Notes: generated by a model not told the origin, from the letters alone. 63,032 bases of DNA, filler included, from Stramenopiles sp. TOSAG23-6 (GCA_900128565.1; 12 parts of 12 records of this genome joined end to end with filler, not necessarily neighbours in it), one strand, 5' to 3'; positions 1 to 12,128 are shown, counted from the whole stretch's first letter. Numbers and translations are program-made.

Positions 1-2437
1 GTTCGAATTCATCGCCATGAGGCTTTCCATCCAAGAGCACTTTGAATAACCTAGGTTTGGCATCTGATATTTCCTTCGCTTCAGCAGCCGCTTTAGCGTC
101 TGTGATTGCTTCAAGACTTCGCAATATCAGCATCAACGCATCCCGTGGGCGTTCTTTCTGCAGACCAATTGGTCTCCCGTTTTGTTCTCCATATTCCCAC
201 CGCTCATCTTGGGTGTCAACAAAGGAGGCAATACTTGTAGTAGGCCCCCATCCTCCCAAATTTTCGAGAAAGTTGTTGCCATCGCGTCTTTCAAATTGAA
301 TGCCACTTCTGTCTTCAGCGGAGGTGCCTGGAAATGTCGATTTCATGTACTGCGCAACATCTTCAAGTGTTTGTTTACCGCCAAGTTCGAATTCATCGCC
401 ATGAGGCTTTCCATCCAAGAGCACTTTGAATAACCTAGGCTTGGCATCTGATATTTCCTCCGCTTCAGCAGCTGCTTTAGCGGCTTCAGCAGCCGCTTTA
501 GCCTCTGCGATTGCTTCATGACTTTGCAATATCAGTATCTGCGCATCCCGTGGTTGTTCTCTCTGCAGACCTATTCGCATCCCTCTTTTCTCTGCATATT
601 CCCAGTACCCCTGCATGGAGTCAACAAAAGAGTGAATACTTGTAATAGGCGTCCATCCTCCCAAATTTTCGAGAATGTTGTGGCAATCGCGTCTCTCATA
701 TTGAATGCCATGTCTGTCATCAGCGGAAGTGCCTGGAAATTGTGATTTCATGTACTTCGCAACATCTTCAAGTGTTTGTTTACCGTCAAGTTCGAATTCA
801 TCGCCATGAGGCTTTCCATCCAAGAACACTTTGAATAACCTAGGCTTGGCATCTGATATTTTCTTCGCTTCAGCAGCTGCTTTAGCGTCTGCGATTGCTT
901 CATGACTTTGCAATATCAGCAACTGCGCATCTTGTGGAGGTTCTGTCTGCAGACCTATTGGTCTCCCTTCTTGTTCTCCATATTCCCAGTACCCCTGCAT
1001 GGCGCCAACAAAAAAGTGAATACTTGTTCTAGGCTCCCATCCTCCCAAATTTCCGAGAAGGTTGTTGATATCGCGTCTCTCAAATTGAATGCCACTTCTG
1101 TCGTCAGCGGAAGTGCCCGGAAATGTCGATTTCATGTACTTCGCAACATCTTCAAGTGTTTGTTTACCGCCAAGTTCGAATTCATCGCCATGAGGCTTTC
1201 CATCCAAGAGCACTTTGAATAACCTAGGCTTGGCATCTGATATTTCCTTTGCTTCAGCAGCTGCTTTAGCTATTGCTTCACCACTTTGCAGCATCAGCAC
1301 CAGCGCATCGCGTGGGCGTTCTGTCTGCAGCAGACCTATTGGCCTCCCTTCTTTCTCTGCCCAATCCCAACGCTCCTGTTGGCTGTCAACAAAGGAAGCA
1401 ATACTTGTAATATGCGTCCACCCTCCCAAATTTTCGAGAATGTTGTTGATATCGCGACGTTGGAATTGAATGCCACTTGAGTCCTCAGCAGATGTTTTCG
1501 GAAACATTGTCTTCAAGTTCTCCGCGAGTTCATCTAGTTTTTGCTCCCCTTCCATTGCGAATGTTTTTTGGTGCTTTCCATCCAAGAGAACTTTGATGAT
1601 CACATTACCCGCATTTATTCTTGCTTGGGTAAGCAACTCTCGCCCATAGGCCCTGATCGCTTTTTTGTCTTTTTTTAAATACCCTACCTTGTTAATAAAA
1701 ATGACATTTGGTGCATCTGCCTCATCTATATCATCCATTTTATTAGGCAAGTAAAAGACTGTGGGCTTAGCTTCAGCGTCGTAGTGTATACCATAGTTTT
1801 TTAATGACCTCATTTCAGTGAGAGTCTCAGAAAATGATAGGAATGCTGCAGGTTGGAATCCTAAAGGTTCGCCAAGCTTCTTTCCGAATACTTGCACTTC
1901 TTCTTTATCAGCCCTTAGGTATTTCACGTTGTTTATGGTAATGATATCTGGTACATCTGCCTTGTCTACAACCTCCATTTCATCTTCAGGCAAGTAAAAG
2001 ATTGTTGGCTTAGCTTGAGCGTCGTATTTGATACCAAAGTTCAAAGCGTCTATTTCGGCGAGAGCGTCGAATGGTTCAGGTTCGGCGGAGGGTGGTGCTG
2101 ATTTTACAAGGTTCTTCCCAAATGCTTGCACTTTTTCTTTATCAGCCCTTAGGTATTTCGCATCGTTTATGGTAATGATATCTGGCGCATCTGCGTCATC
2201 TACAACCTTCATTTTATCAGGAAAGTAAAAAATTGTTGGCATAGCTCGGACATCGTATTGCACACCGAAGTTTTTTAACGAATTCATTTTAGCGATAGTC
2301 TCAGAAGTTGATGGGTGTGCTTCAGCTTCGACTGCATGTCTAGTCTCTTGGACAACTTCCTGCGAATCAAGAGGGTGTTGGGCAGAGTAAACTGTGGTGG
2401 TAGAAATTACCAGTAGAATTAGAGAATAAAGCTTCAT
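1..2437 (-). CDS. Secreted tandem-repeat protein (3' truncated): signal peptide, three ~80-aa repeats, then at least four ~128-135-aa repeats
   Basis: Manual translation from ATG 2437 (MKLYSLILLVISTTTVYSA) stays open to base 1. It is absent from the ORF track because it has no stop. Repeat anchor gttcgaattcatcgccatg occurs at 1, 385, 790 and 1174. Confidence 0.85.
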   Translation of the reverse strand, partial: MKLYSLILLVISTTTVYSAQHPLDSQEVVQETRHAVEAEAHPSTSETIAKMNSLKNFGVQYDVRAMPTIFYFPDKMKVVDDADAPDIITINDAKYLRADKEKVQAFGKNLVKSAPPSAEPEPFDALAEIDALNFGIKYDAQAKPTIFYLPEDEMEVVDKADVPDIITINNVKYLRADKEEVQVFGKKLGEPLGFQPAAFLSFSETLTEMRSLKNYGIHYDAEAKPTVFYLPNKMDDIDEADAPNVIFINKVGYLKKDKKAIRAYGRELLTQARINAGNVIIKVLLDGKHQKTFAMEGEQKLDELAENLKTMFPKTSAEDSSGIQFQRRDINNILENLGGWTHITSIASFVDSQQERWDWAEKEGRPIGLLQTERPRDALVLMLQSGEAIAKAAAEAKEISDAKPRLFKVLLDGKPHGDEFELGGKQTLEDVAKYMKSTFPGTSADDRSGIQFERRDINNLLGNLGGWEPRTSIHFFVGAMQGYWEYGEQEGRPIGLQTEPPQDAQLLILQSHEAIADAKAAAEAKKISDAKPRLFKVFLDGKPHGDEFELDGKQTLEDVAKYMKSQFPGTSADDRHGIQYERRDCHNILENLGGWTPITSIHSFVDSMQGYWEYAEKRGMRIGLQREQPRDAQILILQSHEAIAEAKAAAEAAKAAAEAEEISDAKPRLFKVLLDGKPHGDEFELGGKQTLEDVAQYMKSTFPGTSAEDRSGIQFERRDGNNFLENLGGWGPTTSIASFVDTQDERWEYGEQNGRPIGLQKERPRDALMLILRSLEAITDAKAAAEAKEISDAKPRLFKVLLDGKPHGDEFE

Positions 2438-2854
2438 TGTTTTTCCTGCAAAGCTTCGTCTAAAAGTTTGTAGTTTACTTTTTGTTTATTGGGTTAACGA
2501 GAACCACTCGAGCAGGCACGTGGTGAGAAAACTAATGGCCTTGCTTCATCGCGAATTCGACGTTTGAATAAAATACACTAACTATATTTTGAGTGGCTAG
2601 AAAAAAACGGTTACCGGGTAAAAAAAATGTATCGATCACCCACGAAAATCCAAGGAAAATCTGGGCCAAGAAGAAAAAAATCGTGCATCGTACGAATTGA
2701 AAATCAATTAGAAATAATGGACCTTCAAATTCTACCGGTCGGAAAATATGGTACAAATGATTTTTTAAATATTCTCTGAAATCAGTTTTTATAATTGTAG
2801 AAATATATATCATCTCAACAGTATAATTTTACATAAATATTATATCATCATTAT

Positions 2855-5378
2855 CTATCTACGATGCATATCTCTTTTATATCTTTGATTATTATTATTA
2901 GAATCATATCTTCGATTATTATTATTATTATTAGAATCATATCTTTGATTATTAGAATTAGAATTAGAATTAGAATCATATCTTCGATTATTAGAATTAT
3001 TATTAGAATCATATCTTTGATTATTAGAATTAGAATCATATCTTCGATTATTAGAATTATAATTACGTTTATACTTTGGCCTTTCATATCCATCATCATA
3101 GTTATTACCACGCCTATTACTAAAACGCCGTTGATCATTATACTGATTTCTTGTATACTCTCTTCTAGGTTTAGGGTTATACTCTATTCTGGTTCGTTTT
3201 CTATTAGGGTTGTTAGTGCAATATTGTCCTCTACAATCACCTTTTGAATAAATGCCATAGTAATACTTGGCTGGATTTTTTATATAAGAATTTCGTTGTA
3301 ATTTTGATTTTTCAGCACAATTGTACATTTCTATTTGTTTTAGTGTATAAGATAAATGATGTAATGAGCCCTCATTTTCAATCATTGACGTCCAAGTTTT
3401 TCTATCTTTATATTCCGCATAATATTCTTGACAAAATGATGTATTTTGGAAAAATATTTCAAAATTTTTCTAAAAAAAAAAAAAANTNTTNGGNACAAAA
3501 NTTTTTATAAAAACCAAAAAAAAAAAATCGATTTTTTTTTTTTTAACCGAAAAAAAAAAATAAATAAAATAAAACATACATGGCCATTCAGGTGGATTTG
3601 TCCATACTTTTGAAAATAAGCCGTGTTGAATATCTAATACTAAAGATAATTTTGGAGGGGAACAATCATGTTCACGAATAACAAGAAATCCCCCAGGTCT
3701 TAATACTCTATGAACCTCCTTTAATAAAGATTTAGGTTCTTTGACATGATGTAACGCCATCAACATACATTGTGGAAAAATATTTTTTTTTTTTGATTTT
3801 TTTTTTAGGTTTAGGTACAAAATTTTTATAAAAAAAAATAATAAATTTGAAATTGAAAAAAAATAAACAAACATGGTGACTAAACATATAGAATTCGACT
3901 TATATGCTTCCAGCTGAACTCCATCATATAATTGAAAATTCATCCCCGTAGTTGTAGGAATATCACGTATATCACAACCATGTATATTCTTTGCTTCTAA
4001 ACCAAAATGTTTACCTAGTGGTGCTGTAATTGATCCTTCAGCACATCCTACATCTAAAATGATTTTAGGTGCAAAATCATTTGGTAATAATTTTTTGATT
4101 TCATTAATTCGTCGCGTATATCTCCAACTCTCTGCTTCTCCAGATGCAGCAACACGATGTTTCATCGCTTTATGTTCTTCGGAGTGCATTACCCCATGAG
4201 GTACACCGTGCAATAGGTCAGCTAATTTTTGATAAATGACGTCATCATTTTCATCATTTATAATCAAATTTTGTAGTAACTTTGATACTTTTGATTGACC
4301 TTTAGGACATTGATATAATGCAGCGCTGTTAGTGACTATTTGCAGTAAACGAATACCTAGATCATTTTTTTGAATGACGTCTTGTTTTAAAGCAACAAAT
4401 TGTCGTAAACTTTTGACAAGAGGTATGTTAGGGTTAGGGTTTTCTGACGGTTGTTTTGTGATTTTTGTCTCTGNTTCNTCNTTTTTTNGNTTTTNTTGTN
4501 TTTTCTGTATTAACAGGGTGAATAAGAGCAAAAACAACAGTATTTTTATCTTTTTGATCTTTTTGATCTTTTAGTATTGGCATGATGTCAACGACGGTTC
4601 CATTTTCAAAGAAAGTATTATCAGGTAGGGTTAGGGTTTTCATCGATTGTAGAGATTTTCCTGAAACTTCATTATTTGTTTTAGTCAAAGAATTTAGAAC
4701 GGATCTTGTAGCACGAATCACTATCATTGGACAACCAATGGAAGTAGAACGTAATAGTTCATTTAGCAACTTACATAGTGATGATGATCCATTTTTCAAT
4801 TTTGTATCAATTTGGTACGGTGAAAATTCTTTTTGTTGAGGATTTGAACAATAAACACACTGTCGAACAATCTGTAAAAAGTCAATGAAAATGAGTGATC
4901 CATAAGGAAATATACCATCATGATAATTCTGAGCTAATTTTTGAGTAAGAACAGATGTTATAGTTTCAACAGTTGGTGCATCAATTGGATTTGCAGGTTT
5001 TGTTTCTACATTAAAAACTCGAAGTCCATGAGAAGAAATTTTTTGACATTGCGACAAACGGATATTTTCATCTAACTTGTTTAAACAATCTGCATGCCAC
5101 TCACATGAATGTATTCTACGGAAGCCACCAAATTTCGTTCCTACGTTTGTCTCCGCATCGCTCGAGACATTTGCAAAAGCGAAAGCTGAGACTCCTTTAC
5201 TTAGTGATACATCAACAAGAACTCGTACTGCACCACTTGTTGAATAACTAGTTGGAGGGAAATGCTTATCTCGGATATGCAATGTCCATGATGCAATAGC
5301 AGATGCGTCAGCAGCAGTGATTGCATCACCATCTAGTGATGACACTTCTATGGTCTTCAACATGGGTGCAGAAGCCAT
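2855..5378 (-). CDS. Class I SAM-dependent methyltransferase with N-terminal extension and Asn/Arg-rich tail; 2 introns
   Basis: ILDVGCAEG motif I and VHRVLRPGGFLVIREHD. Removing 3765-3872 and 3439-3579 joins the ORFs in frame. The frame break near 4470-4500 coincides with Ns. Confidence 0.8.
2890..3065 (-). repeat. Coding low-complexity repeat (NNRRYDS/NNQRYDS)
   Basis: Repeated ttagaatcatatct units encoding RYDSN(S)NN. Confidence 0.85.
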
Positions 5379-5677
5379 CTCTCTCTCACACACACAATAT
5401 TATATTGTTATATATACGTATGGAGTTGTCGTTCGTTGACCCAAATTAAAATGCACCAAAATGAAATGACCCAAAATGATACAGTACACGAAATCCTGAA
5501 GAAACTGTTAAAATAACTTCTACGAGGAACCCAATGTCGGTTAACAAATTGTTTTGCACTTGTAAACACACAGTCGTGCAGTCGTGCCAACTGAAGTTGA
5601 AAATTAAATATTTACTACAAATAACTTTTTGAGTTGAAGTTCCTCTGTCACAAATTGCCTCCACTACAACTACAACA

Positions 5678-7027
5678 ATGAAACAGATTCTTTTTGCTTG
5701 TATCATGTTGAGCTTATTTGTAAGTGCCTCTTGTGCTACTACTAGCCTTAGTAGCCTAAAGAGAAGAAGAGGAGAACAAGACCAAGAAGACCAAGAAAAA
5801 CGGCGAAGAGAAAGGAAAAAAGCCTTGAGACTACAAAGGAACCGAGCAAGTGCTTTGAAGTCACGGAAAAAGAGGATCCAAACGATTGCGAAACTCGACA
5901 CATTATATGAACGTAAAATTGGTATAATGCAAAGCCTTAGCCAAACATTTAACCTTGAACTGCGACGACTGCAACAGCAACAACAAGTAAGTTTACATTT
6001 ATCATCTCCTCGTTTGTTACAAGGTTTCAAGGTTCTGGAAAGGTGTCAAGGTAATACTCGTGGTCGTGTTCGTGGCTTGAGCCTTCGCAAATATATCTTC
6101 CCAATTACACAAGAAGAGCAGGACGCAATGAACAAAATAAAGAAGACATATGAAATGAAAGATGAGAGAAGAAGGAAAGAGTTGTGTAAATTTAGCGCTT
6201 TACGCTCAAGGAAGTACCTGCCAAAACTTGAACAAGAGATTTTGCGGCTGAACAAGATCATTGAGGCCCAAAAAAAGGATATTCAGGATATTCAGGATGC
6301 TCTTTCAACAAGTATGACACATCGAATGCCTTTGCTAGCTCGTGAGATAAATGGACAGGCTCCTACACATCAACATTCAGCACCAGTAGTAGTAGGTTCA
6401 TTACTACCAATGCCAATGCCAAATCCAAGTGCTGAAGGTTTTGTTCTTCTGCCACCACCGACACCATCTCTACCGGCACCACCGTTAAATGAAGCAAATG
6501 AAGGTCGAGAAAATAAGAGTTTCGCATCCCAAGGACTATATATACATAGTCCGGATGAGCTCGAAAAAACCATGACTGGGTTTGTCAATTTGGGTACATT
6601 TTCACAAACAACACAGGGATTAGATGCGCCCTACGAAGCTACTGTACGTCCAGGAAGTCCTGGAAGTCCATATGATCCACTACCTCCTTCTCCTCCAGCA
6701 TCCCCACGGGTCCAACCACCACCACCACCAATACAACCAGTTTTATTTGACTTGATCATGAGCGGCAATGTTGTTGGAGTGAGGCGAGAGCTAGAATTTA
6801 ACGGCGCAGATCCAAATGCAGTAACATTTCATGATAACAAGAGCGCTTTAATGACAGCTGCAGCAACTGGAAATAAAGAAATATGTCTTTTATTGCTTGT
6901 GAAAGGAGCCAGAATGTTGGACAGAGATATCTTTGGTAAAACGGCTTTCGATTATGCAAAGGACAAGAGACTACGCCAAGCATTGATTAAACTTGCGAAA
7001 GGTAGTAATCTTTTAGCACTTGCTTAG
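5678..7027 (+). CDS. bZIP-like basic region + Pro-rich linker + ankyrin repeat protein, with a signal-peptide-like N-terminus
   Basis: RLQRNRASALKSRKKR basic region, a second degenerate copy (KFSALRSRK), and ankyrin motifs GADPN...SALMTAA and DIFGKTAFDYA. Confidence 0.75.
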   Translation: MKQILFACIMLSLFVSASCATTSLSSLKRRRGEQDQEDQEKRRRERKKALRLQRNRASALKSRKKRIQTIAKLDTLYERKIGIMQSLSQTFNLELRRLQQQQQVSLHLSSPRLLQGFKVLERCQGNTRGRVRGLSLRKYIFPITQEEQDAMNKIKKTYEMKDERRRKELCKFSALRSRKYLPKLEQEILRLNKIIEAQKKDIQDIQDALSTSMTHRMPLLAREINGQAPTHQHSAPVVVGSLLPMPMPNPSAEGFVLLPPPTPSLPAPPLNEANEGRENKSFASQGLYIHSPDELEKTMTGFVNLGTFSQTTQGLDAPYEATVRPGSPGSPYDPLPPSPPASPRVQPPPPPIQPVLFDLIMSGNVVGVRRELEFNGADPNAVTFHDNKSALMTAAATGNKEICLLLLVKGARMLDRDIFGKTAFDYAKDKRLRQALIKLAKGSNLLALA

Positions 7028-7051
7028 AAATCTGAGATATGTGCGAAGGCT

Positions 7052-7241
7052 ATCATTAACAATGATCAATAAGTGAATTAGATCATGGGAATATATTTAT
7101 TTTGATTTATTACTATAAAATCATTAACAATGATCAATAAGTGAATTAGATCATGGGAATATATCATTAACAATGATCAATAAGTGAATTAGATCATGGG
7201 AATATATTTCGAGATATTTATTTTGATTTATTACTATAAAA
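7052..7241. repeat. Intergenic tandem repeat (~43-nt unit x3)
   Basis: atcattaacaatgatcaataagtgaattagatcatgggaatat is present three times. Confidence 0.9.
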
Positions 7242-7335
7242 TCCAAAAACACAACGCATGTATTGCATTCATGATGTAAGCATTAATTTGGAAAAAAAAC
7301 ATCAATCTAATAAAATGTACTTGTAAAAAAAATTG

Positions 7336-7360
7336 TTATACATTTAACAATGACATCACC

Positions 7361-7397
<37 letters not shown>

Positions 7398-8096
7398 GTA
7401 AGCCAAAATCCGATCCAATCTTTGCAATGTCTCGTCCAAGCTCACGCCACGTTTCGGCTTCAAATATAGGAATTGTAGCCCCGTTATCATTTTCAAAACC
7501 TCCTTGTAACATACCATTCTCCCAGCGCAAGGGCTTCATTCGTTTTTCTGTTTTTTCTGGTTTTTCTGTTTTTTCTGTTTTTTCTGCTATATTCATCATC
7601 TCTGACATTGAGCGACCATTTATTTTGGAAAAATATTTCAAAATAAAATCGTTAGGTACAAAATTTCGTACGAAAAATAAATTCGATTTTTTTGTTAAAA
7701 AAAAATAAAACATATATTTGTACCTAGAAGAAATAAACGCGCGGCTTCAGCTTTAATGAGGGCATCTCGTGCGGCCTTGTTTGCAACAGACGATGCAACT
7801 TTTGCCGAATAATTTTGAATTTGTTTTTTATTTTTTTTATTTTCGGACTCTTTTGATTCATTATCAACTTCATTTTTGGTTTTGTTTGGGGTTAGAGTTT
7901 TTTCTTCATTATTTTCTTGATTGAAATTGTTTGACAATAAAGAAAAAACTGGGTTTGGTATTGCTTTGATGTCAACATCATCATGATAATGATGAATGTC
8001 TCGTTTTGATGACCAACCTCCTCGTAGCTTTCCACTTTCCCGTCGCAAAGGTTCAATAGTAACTTTTTCACTAGTAACTTTTTCACTAGAAGATTT
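7336..8096 (-). CDS. Hypothetical protein, 3' part; intron 7618-7715
   Basis: Two ORFs join in frame (LLGTN|GRSMSEM) after removing a family intron. Confidence 0.6.
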
Positions 8097-8196
8097 NNNN
8101 NNNNNNNNNNNNNNNNNNNNNNNNNNNNNNNNNNNNNNNNTTAATTAATTAANNNNNNNNNNNNNNNNNNNNNNNNNNNNNNNNNNNNNNNNNNNN
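8097..8196. other. Artificial contig spacer (one of 11)
   Basis: 100-nt N-TTAATTAATTAA-N block, also at 16287, 24473, 32643, 40799, 48945, 57083, 58274, 59464, 60654 and 61844. Confidence 0.98.
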
Positions 8197-8283
8197 TTTA
8201 TTTTTTTTCAATTTCGAATTTATTTTTCGTACGAAATTTTGTACCTAACGAATATTTTTTCGAAATATTTTTCCAAAATACAT

Positions 8284-10169
8284 GCTATAATCTAAATGGA
8301 ACAGCTTCGTTGAGGGGAACTCCTTATTGGATGGCTCCGGAAATGATTCGCCAAAGTGGACATGTAGGTTTTCATCATTTCATCATTTGAATTTTACATT
8401 TCGTTTTTCTTTTTTCCCCAAATTGAAAGGTTTCATATACCCAACGAGTTTTTATTAACAAATTTCGAAATCGACATATTGTTTTATATTACATGGAAGG
8501 CAATCAGATATTTGGAGTGTAGGTTGTACAGTGATTGAAATGTTAACTGGAAAACCTCCTTGGCATAGTAGTGGTTTCACATCACAAGTTGCAGCTTTGT
8601 TCCATATAGCTTCATCTAAAACCTCACCGCCACTTCCTGAAGATTTGTCTGAAGTAGCTATATCTTTTCTAAAGTCTTGCCTTCAAATTGAACCACTCAA
8701 GAGACCTACAGCAATATCTCTCTTAGACTGTAGTTTTGTGGTTACTAGTGGTGCAACTAGAGCAGGTAACTCTGAAAATGTCAAACGTAGAAACAGTCCA
8801 CATTTAACTAGTAGTAATAAAAGTTTTGAAAGTTCGGTGCAGCATGAAAAAGAAGATAGAAATCTATTTACGACCCTTCCAAATGTATCATTGCCAAGTA
8901 ATTTATTAGTAGACAATGACAATGTAGTATCTAGTAGTCAAAATAGAACAATGAAAACAACATCTAATAGTCAAAATAAAAATACGCAAAAGACCGACTT
9001 ATTACTTCCAATAGGCCTCAAGTTTAATAAAGATAAAGCTCGAAAACAACAACAACGACAGATACAACAAATAAAAAAAGATAAGCTGCAGAGAGTTGAA
9101 GATGAGTGGCAAGGAGCTACAGATGAACGGGAGGACGACCATACTCCATCCATTCTCACATCACCAGAATTGTCACCAATAATCACAAGAAATAAAGCAA
9201 TAGAACAACGAGGCAGAGGTACATTTGCTGCATCCCCTATAGACAAGAAGAAGTCAGAATTTTCGAATAGTATTGAAGATAGAAGTATTTCTGGGGCAAA
9301 ATTTATTGAACCATTGTCAATGCGGATCAATCGAGCTCGTGGCGGACGAGGACCACCACGCGTTACTCTTCCAATAGCGAACTCTTCTTCTTCAAATGTA
9401 GTAAAATCGCATATAGCATCATTGGGCAAAAAAACACACACAACATTCTTACCAAAAGTAAAAAAATCTTACAGTCCAAATGACATTCGACGAAATAAAC
9501 AATGGGGTCGACGATCCAAGAAAATTACAAATACCTCGGATATCACAGATGACACGTCATCAGAATCTATGAACAGTTCTTCAACAATTGTCGTACAATC
9601 CATTTCACCAGGATCTCCTAATATTGGTGTACTATCATCAGATTCGTCAAATGAAATTCGCGATCCACGTACGTTTTCATTTTTTTTTTGCCTATTTTTT
9701 TTTCGTACGAAATTTTGTACCTAATAACAAAAATCTTGTAATATTTTTTCACAATACATGATCTCCTTTAAAAAGATTCTTCTTCTGGGGAAAGTCTCCT
9801 CGGAGCCCTGAAGCTCAAGGAATTGGTGCTAATGATTCCACCGACAAAAAGTCACGTGTTAAAAATGTAGATTTTATTGGAGATAGAGGTCATCGAAATT
9901 CAGAAGAAGGTACTTTATTGGGTGATAAAAAGATTGAAATTGTTGCGAAAAGTCCTATAGTTGAAACAAAAGAAATTGCGGAAGGAGTTGTCGGGCCCGG
10001 GATGATTACCTCCGATAAAGGCGGCAAGTCCCCCAAGGTTGTTAAGAAGAACGCAAATACAGAAGAAAATCTTTCTCTTACAAAAGGTATCAAACAAAAT
10101 AAAGTAGCAAAGGAGTCAGCAACAGACGTTGGATTTGAAGAGTTCGATGATGTAAACGCATACATTTGA
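8284..10169 (+). CDS. STE11/NPK1-type MAP3K, 5' truncated; introns 8364-8494 and 9669-9759
   Basis: Spliced sequence gives LRGTPYWMAPEMIRQSGH|GRQSDIWSVGCTVIEMLTGKPPW. Confidence 0.9.
8364..8494 (+). mobile_element. Diverged GT-AT intron in the MAP3K
   Basis: cat|GTAGG...TTACAT|gga agg gives SGHGRQSDIW; the nearest downstream AG is out of frame. Confidence 0.88.
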
Positions 10170-10349
10170 TGCATATGCATTGACAAATTGAACGAAGACA
10201 CCAAACTATAAACAAATAGAACAGTAGACAAATTTATTAAATTGATTATTTTTAATATAACAAGATAACATACTTTATAGTATATGTTGTTGTGCAATTG
10301 CTTGAATTCTTGGTAAAATCTCAGTTGTTGATCGAGTTCCTAAGCTACC

Positions 10350-10846
10350 TCAGTCATCCCAGGATGGTACTTGTTCATAGTGAAAACCCTTCCAACGCCA
10401 CAAAGAACCAAATAGTATATATGTTGCCCAACTACCGGGAATAAATGTAATAAAAGCTACCAATGAAACTGAAGTAATTTTGTTCCAGTCACGATAGTCA
10501 GACTTATATTCGGCGATTGCTAAAAAAATCATAAAGCTGCCAAGCGTTAGCAGAAAAATTGCCATTGCTGCTGTTTTTAAAGGCATAGAGTTTCGGCGAG
10601 CACAATCATGGAACATAGGAGTACGATACTGTTTTGGTTTCGTGACTTGACCAAAGTTATTTGCTACAGAGTCTGGAATTTTCTCATAACGCTATAAGTT
10701 TGAAATATTGAAAAAAATAACAAGAGTTAGATAGTTGTTTTCAACTACAATGAAGAGAGACACAGTTTGCCGTGAATATTATCTCAGAAAAACAAATACA
10801 GCAATTAATAAAATTGAAAATTATAAAATACATTTCTCATCTTCAT
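10350..10846 (-). CDS. TMEM230/TMEM134-family small membrane protein; probable GT-AG intron ~10693-10831
   Basis: Two TM helices and the C-terminus FIPGSWATYIL...WKGFHYEQVPSWDD, typical of this family. Confidence 0.7.
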
Positions 10847-11157
10847 TGATTTGATATAATGCAAATGAATATCTGGTTTATCAAAGCTACTCTGCTGATA
10901 AAATTACTACAAGGTCTTGTATTTTTTTTAAAGGTTCGTAAAAAGACAAACACACACACACACACACAACAGCAACAAAAACACGAAGATACCTTTCTTT
11001 TTCGGTTTTCAGGTTTGTCCGAATGAATATTTATTTACGTTGAAATTTTCAAAATTTAAATTTTAAACCGTATTTTCAAAAAAATCTACAAAAAATGGTT
11101 TGTTTTTCAACTTTGTACAGTCTTTTGTTGTTCCTCACCTGAATTTTGAGAAAGTAA

Positions 11158-11989
11158 ATGTCACGACATCAATATTTTGAGCATATTGAAGAACGTGTTA
11201 TTGGTAGATTAAATCCCTATAAAAAATGTTGTTGCTGTTGCGACTTACGGAAAGGTGTTTTTGCCATTGTATGGCTTGCACTCTGTGATGTAGTTTTTTA
11301 TTTTGGAAGAACTGCTGCTCGTTGGGGCGCGCCTTGTTTTTTTTGGTGGACAAATTGGGCAACTGCAATTACGTTTGTAGTCGGTATGGGGCTGCGTATA
11401 ATTGGAATTCCAATATCAATAATGGCGCTATTAGACATTCGCCGTAAAGAAGACAAATGGGTTGCACGATTTTTTGATTTTCTTGTTGTTCTCATTTTTG
11501 TCCTGTCTCTAGATATTTTCCTCTGTCTCTTTGAAGTGAACGCTGTCTGTACATCACCACAAATATTGGGATACCATAAATGTGCTGTTCTTTGGGGACT
11601 CCAAGCAGATATTAACGATCCTGCCAAGAGAGTCAAACCTGCCTGTTGTGTTGACTCAAGTATTTCTTCAAGTGATTACTGGCCTCGGGTCTGTAAAAAA
11701 ACGCCAAAACAACGTAGTGTAAATTTCGATTCAGATAAGTGCTGGACTATATCTGCAATTTATTGATGTAGGTTTTGGACTGATATGGATCATTGTATTA
11801 TTTTTTGCTGCCCGATACGTTGATAGCTATCGCAAGATTATGCGAATCAGTCCTAGAAATATCAACAACGTAAGAGCAAATAATGAAAGAGGAGAAGCTT
11901 TGCCACCAGAGACACTTCGCACAATAGATTTACAATCAGTGACATCCAATGATATCAATAACACTAACCATGTGGAGCAGGTTCAATAA
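11158..11989 (+). CDS. Multi-pass membrane protein with N-terminal Cys cluster; apparent 1-nt frameshift near 11764
   Basis: KKCCCCCDLRKG then 3 TM segments. A fourth TM (DVGFGLIWIIVLFFAARY) continues in the +1 frame to TAA 11987-11989. Confidence 0.6.
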
Positions 11990-12128
11990 AAAATACTTTA
12001 AATTAAATAAAATTCATCATACATAGGAAAGATCCTTTTATTATTACATTGACATACAATATAAAAGAAAGAACCAAGTATACCCTACTTATTACACTGA
12101 AATACAGTATAAAAGAACGAACCAAGTA

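Noticed and set aside
42-1480. Plus-strand repeated ORFs in the ORF track
   Set aside because: Antisense shadows of the minus-strand repeat protein.
4465-4505. Frameshift in the methyltransferase gene
   Set aside because: Coincides with Ns in a low-complexity tract, so it is probably a consensus error.
8097-8196. Recurrent TTAATTAATTAA palindrome within N runs
   Set aside because: Artificial all-frame-stop contig spacer. Gene adjacency across spacers has no biological meaning.
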